A stretch of DNA of 64,000 bases from Eutreptiella sp. 'Long Island Sound 2002' (lineage: Eukaryota; Protista; Euglenida): positions 30,132,001 to 30,196,000 of the forward strand of contig OZ038378.1 of NCBI GenBank assembly GCA_964036045.1, in the 5' to 3' direction. Below the pieces are notes generated by a model, which saw only the letters and a list, made by a program, of their open reading frames with translations, did no database searches and was not told the DNA's origin. Every line of letters starts with the position of its first letter. The first letter of the stretch is position 1. Both the position numbers and the translations under genes were made by a program. Positions 1 through 12,863 of the stretch are shown here, one piece after another.

Positions 1-1480
1 CTCGTGGCACTAGCCGCTTGTAACCCCCCCCCCACTGAGGAGGCAGGTGTTGCAGCACATCAGCGGACAACTACCGTTGCTCATTCAAGACATGCCCCAA
101 CACAATCTTTTCTTTCCTAACCAAAAATGGGGAATAGTAGGTGTGGAATGACAAATTGCGGAAGGACACATTCTGCCACAACGACATGCCATGTGGCAGC
201 GCTGTTACCGGCGGGACCGGCATCTTCCCGAGTTTAGAGAATGTAGCGTAGGCCTGTTGCAATAATGAGGTCTTTGCCCCTCGCACCCTATCTCGCACCA
301 CCCCCAACTGCATATATGGAAGGAAGGCTGGCAACAACGACAGCCCTATGGAACTTGCCCAATGACGACGGCTTTGGGCCCACGGCCCCTACACCCTGTG
401 CGCTTCGCACAGAAAGATAATCCACAGCTGCGAGAACATGCACTGGCACCACACCGCCAAAGGGTACGTGTTGAGCCCCCCTTCTTGTAGCGGGGCTACC
501 ACCATTGCTGGGGACAACGTCCAAGAATGCAACCCCAGCGCTATACGATACACCAGATTCATCGAGGCCAAAACCCCTTTTGTTGGCTGATACACCCTTG
601 CCGTCAGCCACACCACTGGCTGGATCCAGAACTTGAAGACAGATGCCTTTTCAGCATCATCCAGGGCCAATGTTTTTCAGAAGGTTGCCCTGGCCTTCAC
701 CTTGGCTATGGTTGGTGCATGCAAATGCCTGCTTCGCTGTACAATTGCCCAGGCATAACCCCAGGTGTCTGAAACGATCCACGACCGTAAACCCGGCCAC
801 CTGTTGGGGCCGTGCTCCTAACGCTCGAACAACCGCATTCGACTTTTTGTGGTTGATCCGCAGCCCTAAATAGAACCCAAACCGTTGGATTTGCCGCCAC
901 CTCACGCAGGGTTTTCTCAGCCACCTGCAGTCGCCCCGGCACATAGACCTACACGTCATCTGCATACAGCAGCAACTCTATACTAGGAAAGCGAGGTGCA
1001 CCAAGTAAATGAGGAATATTGTCAGCAAAGAAAAAACTGCTGGGGAGAGGGCATCACCCTGTTGTTTTCCCGAATCCGGTGTCATTTCTACCCCGGACAC
1101 GTACCCCTGATCAACGCAGAAGAATACTCCCCCCTTGAGCGCACTAACCAACAGTTGCACATACATCTCTAGCAGTCTGGAGTACTGGTGAGGGTCGGGG
1201 TGGGGGGTTGTTGCCGATGCGAGAGATCCCAAAATTCCACAAATGGGGAACCGGCTCGGACACATTTTCCTACAATGAGGTTGCCTCTCCATTTATGGCA
1301 GAAGGACTCCCACGTAACCGACAAAGTAAGTGTCTTTTTTTTGGGGCATTGCAGGGTCAAAATGATGCATACAACGGGCCATCCCAACATACTCACTGGT
1401 GTCGCCAATGAATCGGCCACTTCGCTTTGAAGTAGTTTCTAGGGTGAAAAAGGCAGGGACCCCGTTGAGTGAAAGGCTGT
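1..1480 (-). mobile_element. Non-LTR retrotransposon family A (L1/Tx1-like), decayed RT plus thumb fragment running off the window edge
   Basis: Minus-strand frames give RT motifs LNGVPAFF (motif 1-like), SGKQQGDALSPAVFSLL (ORF 978-1292) and FRHLGLCLG (ORF 657-965). The post-RT segment LPYMQLGVV...SLWQNVSFRN (ORF 71-337) aligns with LPYIQLGMV...PLWHSVYFRN of the better copy at 26161-28245. Multiple stops and frameshifts. Confidence 0.8.
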
Positions 1481-3850
1481 GTCGATGACTTCAAAGGTGT
1501 CAAAGAGAAAGTGGCAATGGGGCAAAGAGGGAGACGGTCTACACCTCATTGTCCATCACGCACCAAACCTCCAGTGGTTTCCATGCCTTCTGACGCTGTC
1601 CAAATGGGAAGCGGGCCCGGAGTGCCCGGTGAATGAAATCTTTTTGTAAGGGTGGTAAATTCAATTTGTGGAAAAGTTGCTAGACCTCATCCGGCGGGCA
1701 TAGCTTCGGTTATAGTGGTTGAGAAAGCATATGTGCTACTAATCCTCGAGTCTAGTTAAGCAAAATATTTGGTTCTGGTGAAGGCTATGATGGCGGGGTG
1801 TGTAGGGGTTCCGTGAGCTGTGTGGAGCGGGGAGCATGCAATCAGCGCTTTTTGTAGATGGGCTCCGACATAGGAGCCACTTGTGAAAAAGGCGGTTCCT
1901 CCTCCAAGATTTGGCCCAATGTGAAGACGCCCATTTTAATTAGCCGAGGGGCAAAATAGCTTTGGTTGTGTTGATTGCCAAAAATTGTTGAGTGCTAGAG
2001 CGGGGTGGCGTTGGCTAGGAGATCTGGTTCCGCGAAGTAAAAGCACTGTTCAACCAAAGAAAAGGCCCGCGCGGACCGGCCCAGATACGGCATTTTATTC
2101 CAAACAAACGTTGGAACCCATTTGAAACGTCGGCAAAGTGGCATAATTGACACCGAGGCCGAGTTCCTTGGCAAACGGCCGGAAGCTGTGGCTCAATGTT
2201 TCAAGTACATGGAGTGGGTTGTTAGCACAGTTCATAAAGGCGGTGGCGTGTTGCCAATAGAGGAAAGTCTTTGGCGGGGCGAGCCCGTATCCGCCTGTAT
2301 CAGGGTTGTGGGAGAAGATATCTGTTGTAACCCCCCAAGACTTCAGTTCGAGCGTGAGTTGGTAAATTGTTTTAAGTTGATGGACTACCCCGGTGCTCGG
2401 GAATACGATTCGAGCGAGGTACACCAGTAGGGGGTGGATACAAAGTTTTAGTAATTGGACTCCCTCTAGCAGGGAGAGCGCCAAAGTATGCATGGGAAAA
2501 GCTCATCCCATGGCTTTTTGTAAAGTGTGAGAGTAGGATTCATGCGGTGTGACGGATTCGAACTGAATTCCTAGGTATTTGTAGGACGTCTGAATGGGGA
2601 GTACAGTGGCAAGGAGTTGGACTTTCTAAGCTTCCGCCCAAAAAACTTTGAGTAGGATCGCCGATGTTTTGCAATTGACATGGAACCTTGAAAATTTAGA
2701 ATCACCGTATGTCTGCCCAGGGGATAACAAAAAGGCACACCGCTTGTTCCAGGACCCCTGTGGCGATGACTAGGACATCATCTGAACAGAGGAGTACCTA
2801 GATGTGCGCAAAAATAGAGGTCATCTTATGCGTCGGTGGGGAGACAAGCATCACAAAAAATGAAGGGTGGCAAGGGGTGATTCTTTCTTTTGGGACAAAG
2901 CATCCCCTTATTGGGGACGCCTAGGAAGTCGTTACGCCGGATCCCATAGGGGCCTTTAATAGGGATCCAACGGATCTTGCGGTCACCACCGGGGACAAAT
3001 TAGTGGTGAACCACTTGCTTGAGCACGATGAATTGAGTCAGGTGGAGCTCAAAGGATTGTTGGAAGACTTTGAGAGGGTGCCTATCCCAAACAAGGCGCC
3101 CATTTTCGATGAGAACCCCCCTGTTGTGGGTAGGCCCAAGGATTCAGGGGCCCGCCGTACTGTTTATGGCGACTATGGGTGTCGTAACCACCACAAGCAC
3201 AACCCCCACAAGTAGCATGATCCGCTTGTGTTGAAAAGAATTGGAAATCGTGCTTTGGAGACAGCCAAGCAAGGGGTCGGGTGGTTTGGAGTTGCAGAAT
3301 ATTGAATATGGCCGACATCTCTTCGATGGTCATGTGCCCCAACACCTCCATCGCGATGAACCCGCTTACATTGTGCCTGATTATGGCACTTTGATTGTTA
3401 ATTGTTTGAGAATGCTTACGCATAACCATAAGGCCGAGGATGGCTCCCATTTTCTTTTTGTCCCCTTAAGCAGTGTTGCGTTCCTTGACCCTCACAGAAA
3501 GATGCCAAAAAAAGGTGACACACTCAACGCTAGTTTTAATAAACTTGATCTCTCGGATGTCGATCATGACAAAAAACGGAGGATTGACCGTATCCTGCTC
3601 CCAACTCCTTCCAACCCCTCATTACCGAATGCTATGAATATATTCTCGCAAGCTCTAGTCACAAAGTAGTCCTACTCACTCTGCGCACCATCACCGGTGG
3701 TGACCGCCGTCGCAAACGGTGCCCGACATCCTCTCTCAAATGTGAGGACACGATTTCGAGTACAAGTCGTGAACTCGGTGAATTTCCGACCATTGGCTTT
3801 GAAAGACGGGCTGAGGCTATGTTGCTCATCCGATCAAAGGCTTCCTTCTA
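1481..3850 (-). mobile_element. Family A non-LTR retrotransposon, decayed RT-thumb-zinc finger region
   Basis: RT motif 2a/3-like SGFIAMEVLGH...AWLSPKHDFQFF (ORF 3082-3450), Q*GDALSQ near 2895-2925, LLCSDDVLVI (YADD equivalent) near 2770-2795. Thumb GGYGLAPPKTFLYW (ORF 2095-2493). KLNLPPLQKDFIHRAL...WKPLEVWC near 1530-1700 matches the pre-zinc-finger region of ORF 13245-14732. Confidence 0.8.
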
Positions 3851-4479
3851 TGAAAGAAATCATGAAGAAAAAAACAGTCATATAAGCTACAAGCGCAGCC
3901 ATGTGAGTCCTCCACTCACACATTGGCCTCTGTGGCAAAAGAAGATTTGGCCTCCAACGGACACACCACCAGTGACCCAGTGGAAGCTTATTGCAAAGTA
4001 GCAGCGCTAGCCGCACAGGAGGACTTCGATCGCTTGGGCTAGTTGGTAATCGACAAGCGGAAGACAGTGATTGCGGACCCCCAGGCCTACCAGCCATGGC
4101 GTAGAAAACATGAGGTGCGGAGGTTCATTCGCCAATTACAGTTTAAATCGAAGCTCCACACTTTGCGCACGAAACAGGGTCACTACTAGGGGACTAGATG
4201 ATGCACACGTGTATCTCCATGAGGGATGCAAGGATGACCTCCCACTTGCGATTTGGACCTAGGTCTTCCCTTCCCTGCTCCCAAAGGTAAGTATCAAGCC
4301 TAGTAAGGGGAAGGGGAAGACGGATGGTTGGTTTCCCCACCACCTCTCCCACAACACCCGCCGGGTTTGTACCGAGGACCCGGAAACCAAGCTCCCTATC
4401 CACTCCCTTTGCCCCAAAAGGGAGGGGGAGCGTGAGTGGTGGGGGCTCACCACTCCCAACATTCTTTCAGTACCTTGTC

Positions 4480-5900
4480 TCACACCCCAAGCCGGGTGAC
4501 TACGACAGTGCTGCATAATTTCTCCTCTGACAAGCAGGTAGATTGGCAGTGAAAAGTGCTGTCATGAGATTTATTAGGCTCTGGGGATTCTCATATTCTC
4601 GAAAAATGTGCGCACATAGATGTGTGGTAGAGAATCACAGGCCTGCCTGAAGTTAATAGGACCAACAGTGCCTAGCGGCTCCGCGGACCAGGTTCCAAAG
4701 GCCTACCACAGATTATCGTAGATGTGACGACCTTTGAAAAAACCTCGTTGCTGGATGGGTGTAATCACACAGCCGAAGTCTGCTAATTGGAGCGAAATGA
4801 TCGTAGCATCCATTTGTTGTTGAATTTCTGTAAGACCACTGGCCGTAGACCCTCTACCCCCACCAGTCCCAAGGCGTTGGGGATGGGTTCAAAAGCGCCG
4901 GGCCCCAAGAGTCCGGGACTCGAGGGGTGGTAAGAAGACTTTGAAAATTTCATGCATTGGTGGAACGAAATGCGAGGCAAAACCTTTGTATATAGCCCCT
5001 ATGAAGCTGTCTATTCCCGGGGCTAAAGGACTTCAAGGCCGCATGAACTAGGTGTGGTAACAAGGGCTTAATGAGGAGCTGGGCCATATCAGTCACGGGC
5101 TTGCCGTCGAAAAATGCTTTTAAATATTGTGAGACTTGTGAGGATGGAAGTCCCCCGGAGGTGACAGTGACTCACCAAAAAAAGGGGTATTTCTTGGGCA
5201 TTGGAATCTACATGCGGCAAGACTAATCCACGGACTGCATTTCGTTATGTGTAGCTTCAATACCATCAAGCATTTTTGGGCTGGCCTGGGGGTTAGAAAC
5301 ATCTCTAGTAGGTAGGATCACTGCATTGTGATCTCAAAGAAAAAGGGTTGTAGAAGGAATCAACTCTCCAAGAGAGATAAGTCTATCCCATTGAGCTTTT
5401 CTAATACAGGCATCATGGTGGAAGTGCTTGACAATAAAATAGTGTTCCATGCCATGAAGGTTGTAGAGTGTAGCAAACAGAAATATGTGTTCCCATGTTG
5501 AGCTGGAAATGTGTTTCCAAGTGTGCTGATAGACAAGAAATGCACTTCCTCTACCCTTTTTAGTGCCATTAGCCAGCAGCACAAATGGCGCTTATCGAAC
5601 TCAGTACGGAGGTCCAAAAGGGAAACCTCGTTAGCAATGTGTGGTTCTAGAAGCCCAAGGACCTATAGCTTGGAGGGGTAAAAAGACTTCAACATTTGCT
5701 TGTACTGTGGTTCGGTACATACCGAGTTGGGGACGCGGGTGGCAAGTCCGTCGCAACTGAATCTGCATGCACGCGGAAAGGCCAGCGTGAAGAAGGGAGG
5801 GTTCAAACAGCAGCTCTGTGTCCCTCGTGTGCTAGTTGAAGAGAGTGCATGTGGGGTTGGAGAAATCATGACTTTTCATTGCGGGTAACATGCACGTATG
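4480..5900 (-). mobile_element. Non-LTR retrotransposon fragment (probably family A): AP endonuclease remnant plus N-terminal RT, truncated at GVRQG
   Basis: GRGSAFLV (APE-like, ORF 5334-5582); SPG.DSFIGAIYKGF near 4980-5030; GLRPVVLQKFNNKW (ORF 4783-4980); QRGFFKGRHIYDNL near 4710-4760; GVRQG near 4475-4490. The APE-RT spacing is too short, implying an internal deletion. Confidence 0.7.
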
Positions 5901-6349
5901 TTTTCGGGGTGGCCTATGTTTGGTTGTGTTTGCGTGCTTGAAAAAACTCTCTCTTCATGGTGTTCAATTGTGCAAGCGGGATGATTGCAATCAAAATATT
6001 TTTTTTGTCGGTGATGTAGAATAGTGTTGTTGAGCAATGCAAAGGAGCATTGCATTCTCCAAGCAGCAGTAGTAAAACAGCCTGGGTTCCACGGGATGAG
6101 CGAGTCCACTACGAAACCGTTGGAATGGAGGAATGCACTTAATGGAGCATCTTTCAGCCAAATTGGCCACAAGGGCCTCGGGCGCGCTTGGACCGTTGCC
6201 ATTTGTGGAGGTGGAAGACGTGCTAGAGCAAGAGGAGTGTGCGTCATAATTGTTGTCTAGGTTGAACCTGTCCCTAACTTTTTTGTCCTTAAAGGGGAAA
6301 CCAGGTCCGGTGGCGGGCGTTGGCCCAAGATGCCGGCCCTTGTGCGACA

Positions 6350-8330
6350 TTGGCGATTAGGGCGAGGCGACTGGACTCGGTGGGCGGCGCGCTCAGATGC
6401 CCAAAACTGGTTCGTTACCAAAAAGAGCTCAACCCGTCGGGTATGCCGTTGGCAGTGCTAGTCGGCGGAGGCTATCCGCACTCTGGCACGCCGCACAAGG
6501 GAGTGCTGGTGCCGTGATTGCCGCACCAGCTCATCTAGGACGTCGCAATATGAATCCAGCAATGAGGCACCGAGTACGGCACGCTGATGCACAAAACAAT
6601 GCTGGGCCAGACGCTGCATCGCCGAGGCCACACGCCGTCCCTCCGGGTCTGAGGTAGTGGGACAGAGGAACTGGTCCAGATATTTCACCGCCCACGACGT
6701 GGTGTCGGACGATTGCGGTCAATCCCACGTGCGCACTGCTGTGCGGTGAGATGCTTCTTGAGAGGCGCGGCCATCCCGCCGCGATGTTCCCTGCCAGGGC
6801 CTTGTATACCCCACTGGATTGCAGAGGACAGACTCCGTGGGGTTACGTCCTATGGCTCGTGGGTGCAGCTTTGTGTACCATGCCAGCAAGGGCGGCACCT
6901 GTGGGTCGCACGGAGGCATGGTGAGGTGGCCGCACGGTTGGCATACAACGTGGAGGGCGTGGTACTACTGCCAGACCGCACGCGCCCTGAGGTCTACCCG
7001 CAGTGCTCGGGGGATGTGGTCCCATAGGGGCTGTGCAATGCGAAGGCACAAAACATCGTGTAGGTCCGCCCCCACCGCCCTGTCCCACCATTCCGTTACC
7101 GTATCTTGCCACAGCCCCGAGGTGTTGCAAAATGCGACTTTCCAATGCATGCAATGTATGAGGTGTTTGTGGACAATGGTACCATGATGGAGGGGACAAA
7201 GGGGACATTCGGGGGTGGTATGGTCCCACGGCGAGCCTGTAACATCCCATTGTACTTGGCTCCGGAGCCATTTCATATGCGTCGGTCCCCGTGCATCAGA
7301 AGCCAGGAAACCCAGTGCGCACCGTCGAAAGTGGCAAAACGCTTCCCCTGCAGGATCCATTTTCGCGCCGGAGTGGGGGCGGGCCCACCGTATATCGCAA
7401 CATCTGCGGGACATTGGGGATCGTAATCCGGCGCGGGTAGGCACGTGGCCATCTTGGCGAGGAGGTCTACTTCCCCATTGCGCCCAATTTGTTCGCGTTC
7501 CTGCCCGTTGCGAAACTCTAACTCAAGGCGGTGGGTGGCAATCCACTCTGCGGCCACGTCTTTGTGTTGCACTTGGTCGCACACTTTGTGGCGGATGGCA
7601 ATGTGAAAGCATTCATGCGTGGGTTGGCGGTATGCGGATTTTGTGACGGCCATGTTGTCAATTTATTGAGTGTCGCCGTTGTATGCGATGGCTGGGCCAA
7701 TGACTACCCCATAAATTTCAGCCCTGTAGGGTTGTTGTGGGCCCGCCACCCGGGCGAGGATGCGAAGAGGCCCTTTTGTCACTACGGTGCTTGGTATTCC
7801 AAGCCGGCGACCTCAACTGTTTGGACGCTACCATCGGAGAATAGGGACGTTCCAACTGGCGGTTGCTGATTTGAGTAGCACGGTGTGCCTGCGATGGTGA
7901 ACACTTGCTGCAACCCCATTCTGCCTAGGCAGTGGGGAGATGTGACACGGGGGACATTTTACGATTTGTGAATGCCAATCTTATTGACTTCCATGCCCTG
8001 CACCATAAGCACGAACCGCAAGCACATGGCGTCCAGGGCTTTCAACATGGAGTCCTTGGCGAGAAACAAGGTGCGGTACGTCCACCACGGGATCAAGATG
8101 GTTTTCAGGAGCAGCACTCCTATATATATGCGGCTATACTCGAAGTGGTAGTCGGCTTCCTCCTTGGGTTCTTGTGCAGGCCCACTTGATGCCAAGGGGT
8201 TCACAAATGAACGACGACACGGCCTCGGTGCAACTCCTGCAGCTCAGTGGCTAGCAGTGGAGAGAAGTGTGGGGCATAGACGCTGAGGTCTAGACCACAG
8301 ATTACTTCTTCACCTGAGGGGTGACTGGTG
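6350..8330 (-). mobile_element. Non-LTR retrotransposon family B (RT thumb - RNase H - CCHC zinc finger), 5'-truncated and decayed
   Basis: Thumb-like ORF 7959-8204; RNase H motifs LFSDGS (~7830), GPQQPYRAEIYG (~7720), DNMAV and GNGEVDLLAKMA (ORF 7273-7653); zinc finger CPLCPLHHGTIVHKHLIHC (ORF 6965-7444). GGPAPTPARKWI matches GGTEAPTPAKKWI in the copy at 14733-16410. Confidence 0.78.
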
Positions 8331-8504
8331 ACAAAAAGTTGGCGACAAACTCTGTGGGGAGTTTGGGCATGGGGCAGCAAGGACCCAAAATGAGGTGTTG
8401 GTTGTTGGGTAGGGGGCAACAAGAAGCCAAACAGAGGTGCTGGTGGCTGGGCAAGGGGTGGTGATGGTGGGGAGGGGCCGGAGATGGGGATGGGGATGGA
8501 GTCG

Positions 8505-11347
8505 GGGCCCTGAAATGTTCCACGGAGACCCATAATGATCCATAGAGACCCTCAAATGCTCCACGGAGATCCATAATATTCCATGGAGACCCTCAAATGT
8601 TCCGCGGAACCCCTAAATATTCCACGGGCACCCTCAAATGTTCCACGGAGCGGCTAAATATTCCACGGAGGCTGTCAAATGTTCCACGCAGCCCCTAAAT
8701 ATTCCACGGAGACTGTCAAATGTTCCAGAAAACCCCCCAGTATTGCATAGAGGCTGTCAAATGTTCCACGGAGACCCTAAATATTCCACAGAAATTGTCA
8801 AATGTGCCACATAGGTGCTAAATATTCCACAGACACTCTCAAATGCACCACAGAGACCCAGAAAGGATCCACGGAAACCCTCAAATGTTCCACGGAGACC
8901 CAAAATGTTCCATGGAGAGCCTCAAATGTTCCACGGAACCCCTAAATATTCCACGGAGCCTATCAAATGTTCCACAGAACCCCTAAATATTCCACAGAGA
9001 CTGTCAAATGATCCACGGTGCTGGTAAATATTCCACGGAGGCTGTCAAATGTTCCATGGAACCCCTAAATATTCCACAGAGACTGTCCAATGCTCCACAG
9101 AGCTGCTAAATATTCCACGGAGGCTATCAAATGTTCCACGGAGCCCCTAAATATTCCACAGAGACTCTAAAATGTACCACGGAGACCCATAAATGATCCA
9201 CGTAGACCTTCAAATGTTCCACGGAGACCCAAAATGTTCCATGGAGAGCCTCAAATGTTCCACGGAACCCCTAAATATTCCACAGAGCCTATCAAATGTT
9301 CCACAGAACCCCTAAATATACCACGGAGACTGTCAAATGATCCACGGTACTGCTAAATATTCCACGGAGGCTGTCAAATGTTCCACGGAGCCCCTAAATA
9401 TTCCACGGAGACTGTCAAATGTACCACGGAGACCCAGAAAGGATCCACGGAGTCCCTCAAATGTTCCACGGAGACCCAAAATAGTCCACGGAGAGTGTCA
9501 AATGTTCCACGGAGCTGCTGAATATTCCACGGAGCCTGTCAAATGTTCCACACAACCCCTAAATATTCCACAGAGACTGTCCAATGTTCCACAGAGCTGC
9601 TAAACATTCCACGGAGGCTATCAAATGTTTCACACAGCTGCTAAACATTCCACGGAGCCTGTCAAATGTTCCACAGAACCACTCAATATTCCATAGAGAC
9701 TGTCAAATGCTCCACAGAGCTGCTAAACATTCCATGGAGCCTATCAAATGGTCCACGAAGCCCCTGAATATTCCACGGAGACTGTCAAGTGTTCCACACA
9801 GCTGCTAAACATTCCACGGAGCCTGTCAAATGTTCCGGAGAACCCCTAAATATTCCATAGAGACTGTCAAATGCTCCACAGAGCTGCTAAACATTCCATG
9901 AAGCCTGTCAAATGTTCCACGGAGCCCCTAAATATTCCACAGACACTGTCAAATGATCCACGGTGCTGCTGAATATTCCACGGAGGCTGTCAAAGGTTCC
10001 ACACACCCCCTAAATATTCCACGGACACTGTCAAATCTTCCACGGAGCTGCTAAATATTCCACAAGGACTGTCAAATGTTCCACGGAGCTGCTAAATATT
10101 CCACGGAGGGTGTCAAATGTTCCACGGGGCTGCTAAACATTCCGCGGAGCCTGTCAAATGTTCCATAGAACCCCTAAATATTCCACAAAGATTGTCAAAT
10201 GTTCCACGGAGCTGCTAAATATTCCATGGAGGCTGCCAAATGTTCCACGGAGCCCCTGAATATTCCATGGAGACTGTCAAATGATCAACCGTGCTGCTAA
10301 ATATTCCACAGAGACGGTCAAATGTTCCACCCAGCTGCTAAATATTCCACGGAGGCTATCAAATGTTCCACGGAGCCCCTAAATATTCCACAGAGACTTT
10401 AAAATGTTCCACGTAGTTGCTAAATACTCCACGGCGGCTGTCAAATGTTCCACAGAGCCCCTAAATATTCCACGGAGACTGTTAAATGTTCCACGGAACC
10501 TGCTAAATATTCCACAGAGACTGCCAAATGTTCCACGGTGCTGCTAAATATTCCACGGAGGCTGTCAAATGTTCCACGGAGCCCCTAAATATTCCACGGA
10601 GACTGTCAAATGTTCCATGGAGCTGCTAAATATTCTACGGAGGCTATCAAATGTTCCACGGATCCCCTAAATATCCGACGGAGCCTGTCAAACGTTCCAC
10701 GGAACCCCTAAACCTTCCACGGAGATTGTCAAATGTTCCGTGGAACTGCTAAATTTTCCATGGAACCCCTAAATATTCCAGAGAGACTGTCAAATGTTCC
10801 ACAAAACCCCTGAATATTCCACGGGAACCTCAAATGGACCACGGAGACCCAAAACGTTCCACGGAGACTGTCAAATGCTCCACGGAGCTGCTAAATAGTT
10901 CCACGGGCACCCTCAAATGTTCTAGAGAGCCCCTAAATATTCCACGGAGACAATCAAATGTTCCATGGAGACCCTCAAATGTTCCACGGAGACCCTAAAA
11001 TGTTCCAAACAGCCGCTCAAATGTTCCACAGAACCCCTAAATATTCCACGGAGGCTGTCAAATGTTCCACGGAACCCCTAAATATTCCACGGAGGCGGTC
11101 AAATGTTCCACGGAACCCCTAAGAATTCCACGGAGACTGTGAAATGTTCCATGGAACCCATAAATATTCCACACAGAATGTCAAATGTTCCACGGAGCCG
11201 TTAAATATTCCTTGGAGACTGTCAACTGTTCCATGGAGCCCCTAAATATTCCACGGAGAGCGTCAAATGTCCACGGAGCCCCTAAACATTCTACGGAGAC
11301 CCAAAATGTTCCACGGAGACCCTAAACATTCCACGAAGACCCTCAAA
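8505..11347. repeat. Minisatellite array, 41-bp dimeric unit (TCAAATGTTCCACGGAGCCCC + TAAATATTCCACGGAGACTG), about 2.85 kb
   Basis: Continuous head-to-tail 20/21-bp subunits sharing AAAT(G/A)TTCCACGGAG, with no unique spacers. Near-duplicate higher-order blocks start at about 8845 and 9170 (period about 329 bp). Confidence 0.97.
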
Positions 11348-11349
11348 TG

Positions 11350-12860
11350 CTTTGTTTTTTACTTCCGGCGCCACGTAAGTTCGAAGTTCAAAGTCTCGCT
11401 ATGAACAAAGGAGAGGCACTCATAGGCAGGTTGCCTAGCATTAGTCTAGCCGCAGTAACTATAACCACAGGCTTCGTGCAGGTTATGCATGTCCATCAAG
11501 GACGCCTGTGGGGACAAGTTATCCCACAAGTCGGCAGACAGTGGTGTGCAGATGTGCTCTGCCACGAGCAGTGTCAGCCCAATTCATTGTGTCAGGTGTG
11601 GTGTTCTCAGTGTGCTGGTTTTCGGACCACAGGTCACGTGCGGTGGGTCCTGGGAGATCCAGTCAGCTGAACCTCCCACGGGTCTATCGGATCAGGGTCC
11701 CCAGTAAGTTGGATGTACTCCGGGGTGTCGGAGTGGTGCGCCCTACACCTCTTGAAACGCCGACCCGGCGACAGGTCGACCGCAGTTGCAAGCCTCTTTT
11801 TCTTGTCCCGAACAAGGCACCACCTCCCTGCAGATTCCTCTAGCCAGGCTTGGTGTTCCGTCAGCCACCTGCTCATACAGGTCCGCACCTCGTCCAGTGA
11901 CTCTTGCCGCCATTTTCGCATGGACCTATATTGGCTGGTGGGGGCGAGTTGCAAGGCATCGGACATGGCCGCGGTCAGCCACTTGTCTCTGTCCCCCAGT
12001 TTATGGGTCACCATAGCAGCCCATGTGCGGAACTTCTGGTAGGACAGCCGGGCAACTGTGGCTGTGTGGCCGCGGGGCCCGTGTGGCTAGGCGGCGCAGG
12101 CTTGACAGTGTGCCAAACCGGATACGCTGACGCGCACGGTGCACCGCGTAGAGCGTCACGCGGACACTATGGTGGAACGAGAACCGTGTGCGTTGGGCGG
12201 ACACGGCGAGCACCCTGGCACAGGTGTCCACGTGGGCGGCCCACGTCACTGCCACTCTGACAGTGACCTGTCGTTGCGCCAGGATTCCCCTAACAGTTCC
12301 CTTGATCAGTGATTGGGCCGTCTGCAGCAGATAGCTGGCCGCCACGTAAGTTGCCCCCGTAACCGGCCGCCACTGTTTTGCAGGGGTCACAGACGGTGTC
12401 AAGAGCATGCCTGCGTCGAGGAAAGTCTCCGCACGAGTGAGCCCGTCCCCTGTCAGCACCGGTAGAGCCCTGATTACCATACATGCCCTTGGGACAGTGT
12501 ACGGTTGACGCAGGAGTTTCGCCACCGTGCGTCTGGTTTCCAGCCTGTGGTCTCTTTTGGCTCAATCATGGTCGGTCACAGATACTGGATGCCCCCGCCC
12601 AGGCAATTCCAGCCAATGTTCCAGGTGTTGTCCACAATCAACTGCTATGCTACATCCAGTCGTTAAGACACAGCCTGATATGTACACGAGCATCCGACAT
12701 GCCGCTTCCTGGAAGCGGGTGCACACTGGGAGCAGGCGGCAGCTGCCAAGCCTGATAGCATAACATATAACCTTCGTGTGCCAGCGCCAAACACATAGGG
12801 CACCTGCAATGAACAAAACCAAGTATGGTGCCCAGCGTCACAACAACCCAAAAGCAAAGT
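11350..12860 (-). mobile_element. Degenerate non-LTR RT remnant (family D)
   Basis: LPGSGMSDARVHIRLCLND (motif 2a-like) is followed by RGHPVSVTDHD*AKR (motif 3-like), in frame with ORF 12001-12525 (VLTGDGLTRAETFLDAG, motif 4 region). The same RGHPISVTDHDLAK motif recurs at about 35050-35095. No intact YADD seen. Confidence 0.45.
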
Positions 12861-12863
12861 GCC

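Noticed and set aside
4420-4470. Possible gag zinc knuckle (CWE.GEPHHSR)
   Set aside because: It needs a frameshift and lacks the last Cys. The adjacent sequence is an RT (GVRQG), so an ORF1 here is unsupported.
6350-6950. Restriction-like endonuclease at the end of family B (AVKYLD)
   Set aside because: No PD-(D/E)xK arrangement could be assembled in the right order.
8815-9808. ORFs inside the minisatellite
   Set aside because: Chance open frames of the repeat unit; no domain content.
8505-11347. CRISPR array
   Set aside because: Units are contiguous with no unique spacers, there are no cas genes, and the context is eukaryotic. It is a minisatellite.
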